Source: an uncultured archaeon
GTDB lineage: Archaea > Iainarchaeota > Iainarchaeia > Iainarchaeales > 0-14-0-20-30-16
Length of the DNA: 32,000 bases
Assembly (NCBI GenBank): GCA_964565725.1
Contig: CAZMGA010000003.1
Coordinates: 1 to 32,000, forward strand
Direction: 5' to 3'
The notes beneath the pieces are model-generated. The model had not been told where the DNA came from. It was given only the letters and a program-made list of their open reading frames with translations, and made no database searches. Positions 7,850 through 15,601 of the stretch are shown here, piece by piece. The translations under genes and the position numbers were made by a program. The first letter of the stretch is position 1. Every line of letters starts with the position of its first letter.

Positions 7850-7864
7850 TATAGAGGTCTATTT

Positions 7865-8848
7865 ATGAAAAATATTTTTGAATTAGGTGTTTTATTTTTA
7901 GGAGTAATGATTTTAGTAATAAGTTTAAATAATATTTATGCAGGTAATTCAGAAAATGTAGATGTAGGTGTAAATGTTTCAAATGCTTTACCACAAATAT
8001 TAGATGTAAATATTTGTGAATCAGGCGTTTGTAGCAAATATTTAGGTAATATAACTCCAGGAGCAAGTAGCTTTTATTTACAAATAAATGCATACGATCC
8101 TAATGGTTATTCTGATATTAATTGGGCTGCAACTCAAATTCATATTTTTAAATCGGATTTTAGTTTAGATACTAATGAAGAATTTGATGGAAATATAGAT
8201 TATAAAAAATTAACTTTAAATACTACTCCTTTACCTTTAGGCGAAGGTGATTCATATAATGGATTTATAGAAGAAGATGGTCAAGGTTGTGTTTCTAATC
8301 AAGATTTTACAGAAGAAATAAATTGTTATCTAGTTAATGAAGATGTTTTTACTGCAGGATTTGCAGTAGGTGGCGCAAATGTATATATTAAAATATTTGA
8401 TATTAATGGAGAATCTGCAACTTATTTATTAAATTATTTGGCTGATACTAATGGTTTAAATATTATTCAAACATTAGATTTTTCATTAAGTGTTGATGAT
8501 ATGTATGGAATTGTTTATAGTGGTGCAACAGGAGATGAAAACGTTCCATTTTTCAATTACGAAACAGATTCAAATTATATTTCTATTGTAAATGAAAGTA
8601 ATGTTAGTGTAGATTTAAATTTTTCTCACACTAATTTAGTAGACGATTCTAATGTTGATAATATAATTGATAAAAAATATATCCATGCAGATAATTCAAA
8701 AGATATAAATTTTGAATCAGGATCTGTTATTGGGGGTAGTTTAGATAGACAAGAAGGAATGAATTTAAGAACTGTATTGGACATTCCTGAAGGAACTCAT
8801 TCTGGTAGTTATTCTGGAACTATGGGTATAGGTATATCTGCAAATTAG
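7865..8848 (+). CDS. Secreted protein, stand-alone copy of the module found at the C-terminus of the LamG protein
   Basis: Signal-like MKNIFELGVLFLGVMILVISLNNIYA|GN with no C-terminal anchor. Residues from about 36 onward are paralogous to residues from about 605 of ORF 10849-13482. SD AGAGGT lies 6 nt upstream. Confidence 0.6.
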   Translation: MKNIFELGVLFLGVMILVISLNNIYAGNSENVDVGVNVSNALPQILDVNICESGVCSKYLGNITPGASSFYLQINAYDPNGYSDINWAATQIHIFKSDFSLDTNEEFDGNIDYKKLTLNTTPLPLGEGDSYNGFIEEDGQGCVSNQDFTEEINCYLVNEDVFTAGFAVGGANVYIKIFDINGESATYLLNYLADTNGLNIIQTLDFSLSVDDMYGIVYSGATGDENVPFFNYETDSNYISIVNESNVSVDLNFSHTNLVDDSNVDNIIDKKYIHADNSKDINFESGSVIGGSLDRQEGMNLRTVLDIPEGTHSGSYSGTMGIGISAN

Positions 8849-8856
8849 GTAATTTT

Positions 8857-9462
8857 ATGAATAAATATTTTTCATTATTAATAGGATTAATAATTTTAAG
8901 TTCATGTGTTTCAGCATTAGCGTGTGTTGGTTTAGGTGGTGGAGGCTATACTGTATTGGCTGCAAAAGAACAACCCTCTTTTATAACCTATACTGTTTTT
9001 AACAATGATTCTGAAAATACTTGTGATGCTGGGAAATATTTTTTAGAATTATCTATAGATAATGAAGATATCCAAAAAGTATTTGATTATAAAATTTCTG
9101 ATGAAGATTTTGTATTAAAAGATGGAGAATCAAAAAGAGTATTAATAACTATAATTCCTAAATTAAAATCAGGAGAATACACAGTTAGAGTTTCAGCATT
9201 AAGAAAAGGATTAATTAATGCAAAAGATGCTACAACTGTTATGCCTAAAACAGTTAGTTCTTTTAAATTAAATATTGTAGAAGATTCAAATTTAGTTTTT
9301 CAAGAATTACCTCAATGGTATTTATATAAAAAAGAACAACAAAAAAATTTAATAATTAAAATTATTTTGTATTCTGTAATAGGAATTATTATATTGGCTT
9401 TAATTATTTATTTAGCTTTACGTTTTAAATCAAAATTTTTTAATGGCTTTAAATATAAGTGA
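8857..9462 (+). CDS. Small Ig-like surface protein, signal peptide plus C-terminal TM anchor
   Basis: MNKYFSLLIGLIILSSCVSALA (possible lipobox LSSC). Beta-sandwich-like core (GESKRVLITIIPKLKSGEYTVRVSA). C-terminal IIKIILYSVIGIIILALIIYLALRFKSK. AGGTAAT-TTT-ATG upstream. Confidence 0.55.
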   Translation: MNKYFSLLIGLIILSSCVSALACVGLGGGGYTVLAAKEQPSFITYTVFNNDSENTCDAGKYFLELSIDNEDIQKVFDYKISDEDFVLKDGESKRVLITIIPKLKSGEYTVRVSALRKGLINAKDATTVMPKTVSSFKLNIVEDSNLVFQELPQWYLYKKEQQKNLIIKIILYSVIGIIILALIIYLALRFKSKFFNGFKYK

Positions 9463-10844
9463 TATTTCTGAATAAAAAAATTTTAGTTTTATTTTGTTTT
9501 TTTTGTTTATTATCTAATTTAGGGTTTTCCGAAAAAACAATTAATGTGGGTTTAATAATTTCTAATGAACCTCCTTCCAAACCAAATATTGTGAACATAA
9601 ACGATCTTTATGGCATTAATAATATTACTTTAAGTTGGTCTAGTTATGATTATGAAAACGACGATATTAAATATTTTTTACAAATGGGTTCTTTAAAAGA
9701 TTTAAATGATATTTTAGATATAAATTTAGACTCAAATTATTATAATTTAACTTTAAATATAGGTAAAGAATATTTTTATAAAATAAAAGCTTGCGACAAT
9801 TATTATGGAGATTATAACAATTGTAGTGTTTGGGCTTATGATTCATTTTATTTGTTAAGTATTATTATTAATCCTCCGTCAAGTAGAGGTGGAGGTAATA
9901 ATAAAATTATAACTAATGTATCTATTTTTGGTTGTAAAGATTTAAATGGTTTTGAATGCAATGCTAATGAAGTATGTTATGATAGCACAATAAATACTTA
10001 TGATTCGCAAAATTGTTGCTTTTCAAAATGTATTAATAAAGAATTAATTGGTAAATTATATGATTTAAATTATAATTTTCAAGATTTAAATTTAAATTCT
10101 AATTTGAATATAACTATTCCTATCTATTCCAATGAAAAAATAGATTTTATTAATAAAAGAATATTAACTGATTACGAGATAGAATATAAATTAATGTTAA
10201 AAAGGTATGGTATTTATGGTTTAAAAAATAATTATAAATATAGAAATTATGTATTTGTATCTATTACTAATATTTCTAATTTTAATTTTCAAGATGTAGA
10301 TTTAATAATAAATATACCTGAAGAATATTTATTAAATTCTGAAAATATTTCTAGTAATAATTTGTTTTCTTTTTTAGACAATAAAAATTTAAAATATATT
10401 TTAGGGGATGTAGATACAAAACAAACAAAAACAGTAAATTATTATTTTGATTCAGACCTAAATGATTCTTTTATTTATGATGTTTTTTTAAAAATGAAAC
10501 CTCCTATAGCATTAACAAAAATGGATAAAGAAGATTTATGTTTAGGTGTTAAATGTAATGATTTAAATCCTTGCACCACTGATTTTTGTATGGAGGGTTT
10601 ATGTTATTTTAGTAATTTGCCTTCTAATTATGAATGTGAAAATGGTTTTTGTAGTGAAGGTAAATGTATTCCTCAAATAGAAGAATCTAAACAATCAAGT
10701 CCAAAGTATTTAAAATACATTTTATGGGGTTTATTATTTATATTTATATTTGTAATTATTATACTATTATTTTTTAGATTATTTAAAAGAAAAAAGGAAG
10801 AACATAAATGGTATTTATTAAATAATATTAGAATTTTTAAGTGA
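9459..10844 (+). CDS. FN3-like / cysteine-rich surface protein with C-terminal TM anchor
   Basis: Signal-like KKILVLFCFFCLLSNLGFS. FN3-like PPSKPNIV..ITLSWSS..YFYKIKACD. Cys-rich modules CKDLNGFECNANEVC..CCFSKC and CLGVKCNDLNPCTTDFCMEGLC..CENGFCSEGKC. C-terminal YILWGLLFIFIFVIIILLFFRLFKRKK. No in-frame ATG near the 5' end; the start is either GTG 9459 (GTGA overlap with the upstream stop) or CTG 9468. Confidence 0.55.
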   Translation: MIFLNKKILVLFCFFCLLSNLGFSEKTINVGLIISNEPPSKPNIVNINDLYGINNITLSWSSYDYENDDIKYFLQMGSLKDLNDILDINLDSNYYNLTLNIGKEYFYKIKACDNYYGDYNNCSVWAYDSFYLLSIIINPPSSRGGGNNKIITNVSIFGCKDLNGFECNANEVCYDSTINTYDSQNCCFSKCINKELIGKLYDLNYNFQDLNLNSNLNITIPIYSNEKIDFINKRILTDYEIEYKLMLKRYGIYGLKNNYKYRNYVFVSITNISNFNFQDVDLIINIPEEYLLNSENISSNNLFSFLDNKNLKYILGDVDTKQTKTVNYYFDSDLNDSFIYDVFLKMKPPIALTKMDKEDLCLGVKCNDLNPCTTDFCMEGLCYFSNLPSNYECENGFCSEGKCIPQIEESKQSSPKYLKYILWGLLFIFIFVIIILLFFRLFKRKKEEHKWYLLNNIRIFK

Positions 10845-10845
10845 T
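10841..10845 (+). promoter_or_regulatory. Shine-Dalgarno-like GTGAT, 3 nt before ATG 10849
   Basis: AAGTGATATT-ATG. The same AGTGATATT string recurs at 9457, 15591 and 22785. Confidence 0.55.
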
Positions 10846-10848
10846 ATT

Positions 10849-13482
10849 ATGAAGTATATTTGTCTATTATTTTTATTTTTATTTTTATTTTTATTTTTGG
10901 GTTTTGTTTATTCTGGAACAATTGTAAATACTACAAAAGAGGATTTTGATTTAGGTGAATATGACAATACAATTTCTACTTCTGATGGTAATGTTTTATT
11001 AGATTCGTCAAGTAATGTTTATTATAATACTGGAGAATATTTATCACAAATCTTTAATTTAAACGAATCATCTAATTTAGTAAATTTAATTTTTTCTACT
11101 CCTGTTTTTTATAAACAAGATTTACCTAATGATGGAGATGTAGTAAAAGACATAAACATGAATGGAAATGTTTTTTTAATGCATGTTGATGATGACGCAT
11201 TAATAAAAAATGAATCTGAATTATATGGTTTAGGCCTACGTGGTGATATAACATCAACAACAGGTAAATTTGGCGATGCTTTAATTTTTGATGGTAGCAA
11301 TGATATCGCTTTTACTGATTACCTTATTCCTACAAATGAATATACTTTTTCATTATGGGTAAAAACAACAACAAATAATAGAACAATATTTTCTTTTGCA
11401 AATGACACCCCTACTGGTAGTACATATGATAGAAGGTTAGGAATTGACGGTTCTAATAAGCTAGTATATTATATTTATCCAAATTCATCAGTATCTTTAA
11501 TAGGTGCTGCTACAACAATTACTAATAATAATTGGCATCATATTGTAATTATATCTAAATTAAATAGTTCCACATCAAAATATGATCTTAATGTTTATTT
11601 GGATGGTGTTTTAGATTCTAATAAAACAGAGGTAAATTTTGGTGGTTATAATTCTTATACAAATCCTAGACTAAATATAGGTTATCAAGCAACTTATTTT
11701 TTAGGAGCTATAGATGATTTTGCATATTATAATAGAGCATTAACTATTGATGAAATTTCTTATTTATATAATTCAGGAACAGGAAACGAATTTTTAACTG
11801 ATAATAGTTTAGTTGTTGGTTGGCATTTTAATGAAACTATTAACTCTATGACTTTACAAGATACATCTCCTACTCCAAAAACTTTTGTGTATCCTAGTGC
11901 TGCAAATAATTATACAGGAATATCTTATGAAGTTATAAATAATAGTTTATTTTCTCAAAATGTCACCAATTCTACTGATTATTTTATTAAAACATCACAA
12001 TTTTATCCTCCTGCCGGAGCTATGAGTATAAGCTTTTGGTTTAAAAGCATTTTAGATAGGAAAAGTTTTTTAGGTTGGGTAGGGGGTTCTCCAAATAATA
12101 GTGTTTTTATTGAAGGTGGCTACATAAAATGGTATTATTCCAATGCATCTACTTATTTTGCTACAACTAAAACAGTTAATGATGGGAAATGGCATCATGT
12201 AGTATTTACTAGAAATAGCAGTAATTCTAGAAAAGTTTATTTAGATGGTGTTTTAAATAACAGTTCTACAACTTCTTTTACTATTAATAATGATTTTACT
12301 ACTGCGGTAATATTATATTTATTTCATAGTGCGGTATATTATGGAGGGTCTGGTTCTTTAGATGAATTGGCTATTTGGGATAGAGAAATTAGTAGTGACG
12401 AAGCATTAAATATATATAAAAGAGGAATTAGTGATTTAAAAGTTCAAATTAGAGCTTGTGATGATTCTAGTTGTTCTTCTGATGAAGATTTTGAAGGTTC
12501 ATCCGGTGAAAATTCTTATTTTAATTTGAGTGATAATAATTATGATTTATCTAGTTTTACGAATTTACAATATTTACAATATAAAGTATTTTTTGAAACT
12601 TTAGATTTGGATGCATTAAAAAATATTTCTCCTCAATTTTTAGATGTAAATATTAATTATGTAAGTAATGTACCTCAAAATGAAAAACCAGAAATATTAG
12701 ATATGAATATATGTAAAGAAAATTGTAAAAAAACGCAAATGATAGTTCCTGGAATTGATTCTTTTGTTTTGCAAATTGAGATTAATGATCCTAATGGTAA
12801 TTCAGATATAAATTGGGAATCTGCGACATTACAAATTTATACTGCTAGTGATAATAATGAAGATTCAGATGATTGGGATCATATTACTTTGAACGAATTT
12901 ACATCTTCAGAAACAGAGGGCTGTGAAATAATTTCTGATATTAATTGTATTTTAATAAATGCTAATGATTTGTCTACAAAGTTTTTGAAAGGTGGTGCAG
13001 ATATTTATTTTAAAATTTCAGATTATTCTGGAGAATCTGTAACTTATGAATTAAATTATTTTAAAGATGAAAACAATTTGGATATAAATGGTTTAAATAT
13101 ACAAAATACAACTAGTATAAGCATAGATGTTAGTCAAGGTTATTTTTCAGGAGACCCTGGTGAAGAAAATATTCCTATAATTACAGATAAAGAAACAAAT
13201 TATATAGTAGTAGTTAACAATAGTAATAGTGATGTTAATTTATTTTTTTTAATTAATGATTTTATAGGTATAAGCGATTTTCCAATAACTGGTTTTGAAT
13301 GGAATAATTCAAATTTAGCTGTAGGCAATAATTTTGAAAATGAAAGAAACATATTAATTGAAAATTGGAATAGGGGTGCATATCCTGATTCTAATTCTCA
13401 AAATATTTATTTATGGTTAGATATGCCTCCAGTTTCTTCTGGGGAATACACTGGTAGTTTTTCTTTTGAAATTGAAAATTAG
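10849..13482 (+). CDS. Large secreted protein with two LamG/concanavalin-A-like domains and a C-terminal module paralogous to ORF 7865-8848
   Basis: Signal MKYICLLFLFLFLFLFLGFVYS. LamG-1: GKFGDALIFDGSND..YTFSLWVKT..WHHIVII..VYLDGV..GAIDDFAYYNRALTIDEISYLY. LamG-2: MSISFWFKS..GKWHHVVFT..VYLDGV..GSLDELAIWDREISSDEALNIY. No C-terminal TM. Confidence 0.75.
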   Translation: MKYICLLFLFLFLFLFLGFVYSGTIVNTTKEDFDLGEYDNTISTSDGNVLLDSSSNVYYNTGEYLSQIFNLNESSNLVNLIFSTPVFYKQDLPNDGDVVKDINMNGNVFLMHVDDDALIKNESELYGLGLRGDITSTTGKFGDALIFDGSNDIAFTDYLIPTNEYTFSLWVKTTTNNRTIFSFANDTPTGSTYDRRLGIDGSNKLVYYIYPNSSVSLIGAATTITNNNWHHIVIISKLNSSTSKYDLNVYLDGVLDSNKTEVNFGGYNSYTNPRLNIGYQATYFLGAIDDFAYYNRALTIDEISYLYNSGTGNEFLTDNSLVVGWHFNETINSMTLQDTSPTPKTFVYPSAANNYTGISYEVINNSLFSQNVTNSTDYFIKTSQFYPPAGAMSISFWFKSILDRKSFLGWVGGSPNNSVFIEGGYIKWYYSNASTYFATTKTVNDGKWHHVVFTRNSSNSRKVYLDGVLNNSSTTSFTINNDFTTAVILYLFHSAVYYGGSGSLDELAIWDREISSDEALNIYKRGISDLKVQIRACDDSSCSSDEDFEGSSGENSYFNLSDNNYDLSSFTNLQYLQYKVFFETLDLDALKNISPQFLDVNINYVSNVPQNEKPEILDMNICKENCKKTQMIVPGIDSFVLQIEINDPNGNSDINWESATLQIYTASDNNEDSDDWDHITLNEFTSSETEGCEIISDINCILINANDLSTKFLKGGADIYFKISDYSGESVTYELNYFKDENNLDINGLNIQNTTSISIDVSQGYFSGDPGEENIPIITDKETNYIVVVNNSNSDVNLFFLINDFIGISDFPITGFEWNNSNLAVGNNFENERNILIENWNRGAYPDSNSQNIYLWLDMPPVSSGEYTGSFSFEIEN
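10867..10896 (+). repeat. (TTATTT)x5 perfect hexanucleotide tandem repeat encoding (LF)5 in the signal-peptide core
   Basis: tta ttt repeated five times in frame at 10867-10896. Confidence 0.9.
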
Positions 13483-13490
13483 TTTATAAA
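13483..13490 (+). promoter_or_regulatory. TATA-box-like TTTATAAA about 25 nt before the herA ATG (leaderless-type promoter geometry)
   Basis: TTTATAAA starts 28 nt before ATG 13511 and no SD-like motif intervenes. Caveat: TATA-like strings are common in DNA this A/T-rich. Confidence 0.4.
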
Positions 13491-13510
13491 TTCTTTTACT
13501 TTATTTTAAT

Positions 13511-15010
13511 ATGAATTATATAGGAACTGTTTTAACATATCAAAATACCCCTTCTATTGAAAAAATATATTTTAAATTAGAAAAAGAAGAAGTGAGAGTG
13601 GGTCAATTTATAACAATTAAACATAAAGATTTGAAAATATTTGGAACTATTGTAGAAATATTTAGAGAAAATCCTTTTTTTGAACAAGTTACTTCTAATT
13701 ACGATGATTTATTATCTAAATTTCCTACAGATCAATGGCACAACACAATTATAGAAGTTAAATTGTTAGGTCAAATTTTAAATAATAAATGTGATAGAAT
13801 ACATAACCCTCCATTTTCGGGTTCAAAAGTTTATTTTGCAAAAGCAGAAGAAATAAAATTGTTCTTGGGATTAAATAATGATGGGCTTTATTTAGGTAAT
13901 ATTGAAGGGCAAGAAAATATAGATATTAAAATAAATATGTCTAAATTAATTCAAAAACATTTGGCAATATTGGCTATGTCTGGGGCTGGTAAATCTTATA
14001 CTGTTTCAGTATTGTTAGAGGAATTATTAGATATTCCTAAAAATAAAGGTCCTGTGGGTATTATTTTATTTGATATTCATGGAGAATATAAAAGTTTTGC
14101 AGAAGTTTCTGATAAAGATCATAAAAGTTATCATAACCTTACAAAGTATTTTGATGCCGCAAATATGAAATTTGGGGTGCATTCTTTAGATTCTTTGTTG
14201 TTTAAATTTATTGGTAATTTAAGTGAAGTACAACAAAGAGAATTAAATTTAGTAATTAAAGAGTTTAAAAGTGGAGACGATTTTAAAGTATTTGATTTTA
14301 AAGATTTGATAAAATTTATAGATGAAAAAGAAATTAAAAAAAATGTAAAAGATCCTTTATTGGACACACTTTGTCAAATTGAAGAAACAAAGTTATTTGC
14401 AAAAACAAGTACATTTAATATTTTAAATTTAGTAGAACCAGGAAAACTTACAATAGTTGATTTATCAAATGTTTTAAATATGAGTCATAAGCAAATGATT
14501 GTAGCTTATATTTCTAACAAATTATTTGATTTGAGAAGATTAAATAAAATAAGTCCTTTTTTAATTGTTTTAGAAGAGGCACATAATTTTATTCCTCAAA
14601 CAGGTTCTAGTGAATATATGAAAGCTAGGCCTATATTTGAAACAATAGCTAGAGAAGGTAGAAAATTTGGAGCTTCACTATGTTTGGTATCTCAAAGACC
14701 TGTTAATTTATATACTTCTGTTTTAAGTCAATGTAATACTCATTTGTTATTAAGAATAATTAATCCTAATGATTTAAAACACATTTTAGAATCTTCAGAA
14801 GGTTTAGATAATAATAATATAAAATTAATTACAGGTTTGAATGTAGGAGAGGCATTAATGGTGGGTTCTGCTGTAAAATACCCTGTTTTTTTTAAAGTGA
14901 GGCCTAAAAAATCAGCAGATAATAAATATGAAAAAGATTTAGAAACTATGTCTTTAGAATTTATTGAAAAACAAGAAAATAATGACAAAGATTTAGATTT
15001 GTACATGTGA
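13511..15010 (+). CDS. herA: HerA-type (COG0433/DUF87) FtsK-HerA superfamily ATPase
   Basis: N-terminal HAS-barrel-like region (VRVGQFITIKHKDLKIFGTIVEI). Walker A AMSGAGKSYTVSVLLEELL, FDIHGEY, Walker B LIVLEEAHNFIP, EGRKFGASLCLVSQRP, VLSQCNTHLLLRIINPND. Confidence 0.8.
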   Translation: MNYIGTVLTYQNTPSIEKIYFKLEKEEVRVGQFITIKHKDLKIFGTIVEIFRENPFFEQVTSNYDDLLSKFPTDQWHNTIIEVKLLGQILNNKCDRIHNPPFSGSKVYFAKAEEIKLFLGLNNDGLYLGNIEGQENIDIKINMSKLIQKHLAILAMSGAGKSYTVSVLLEELLDIPKNKGPVGIILFDIHGEYKSFAEVSDKDHKSYHNLTKYFDAANMKFGVHSLDSLLFKFIGNLSEVQQRELNLVIKEFKSGDDFKVFDFKDLIKFIDEKEIKKNVKDPLLDTLCQIEETKLFAKTSTFNILNLVEPGKLTIVDLSNVLNMSHKQMIVAYISNKLFDLRRLNKISPFLIVLEEAHNFIPQTGSSEYMKARPIFETIAREGRKFGASLCLVSQRPVNLYTSVLSQCNTHLLLRIINPNDLKHILESSEGLDNNNIKLITGLNVGEALMVGSAVKYPVFFKVRPKKSADNKYEKDLETMSLEFIEKQENNDKDLDLYM

Positions 15011-15014
15011 TGTT

Positions 15015-15539
15015 ATGAAAATATTAATTACAGGAATTCCAGGTGTTGGAAAGACAACAATTGCTAAAAATTTATCTAAACATTTGAAATTAAAATATTT
15101 TTGTGATAAACAATTTATAAATAAAAACAATTCTATTAAAAGTAAAGAATATGGTTTAGAAATAAAAACAGTTGATTTAGAAAATTTTTGTAAAGATTTT
15201 AATAAGTTTAAAAAAGGTAAAGATTTTATTATAGAAGGGTTATTATTGCCTTATTGTTTATCGGGGTTAAAAATTAATTTTGACTATATTTTTATTTTAA
15301 ATTTAAATAATAAGGAGTTAATTAAGAGATTAAAAAAAAGAAAATACCCTTTATTAAAAATTGAAGACAATCTATTTATTCAAGATAATGATTTAATATT
15401 AAAAGAAATTGCAAATCAAATAAAAGCATTAAATCCTAAGCAAAAGCCTATAATTATAAATATAGATTTAAAAGGTAATCTAAAAGAAGATAAAATTCCT
15501 ATTTATTGGTTTTTTGACGCTCTAAATCCTAAAAAATAG
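15015..15539 (+). CDS. Fap7/AK6-like adenylate kinase-type NTPase
   Basis: MKILITGIPGVGKTTIAKNL P-loop at the extreme N-terminus, IIEGLLLPY, and a LID-like LIKRLKKRKYPLLKIEDNLF. GTGATG overlaps the herA stop 2-3 nt before the ATG. Confidence 0.6.
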   Translation: MKILITGIPGVGKTTIAKNLSKHLKLKYFCDKQFINKNNSIKSKEYGLEIKTVDLENFCKDFNKFKKGKDFIIEGLLLPYCLSGLKINFDYIFILNLNNKELIKRLKKRKYPLLKIEDNLFIQDNDLILKEIANQIKALNPKQKPIIINIDLKGNLKEDKIPIYWFFDALNPKK

Positions 15540-15601
15540 CAAAGAATATATATATTTAATTATGATATTTATTATAATAGAAATGCTTTAGAGTGATATT
15601 T

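Noticed and set aside
7970-13479. Diversity-generating retroelement (template/variable repeat) explanation for the duplicated module
   Set aside because: There is no reverse transcriptase in the window. The two copies are diverged throughout at nucleotide level, not identical apart from adenine-specific substitutions.
13483-13510. Firm claim that herA is co-transcribed with the LamG/adhesin operon
   Set aside because: The 28-nt gap contains TTTATAAA at the right distance for a leaderless herA transcript and has no SD-like motif. Operon membership is therefore not supported; only adjacency is reported.
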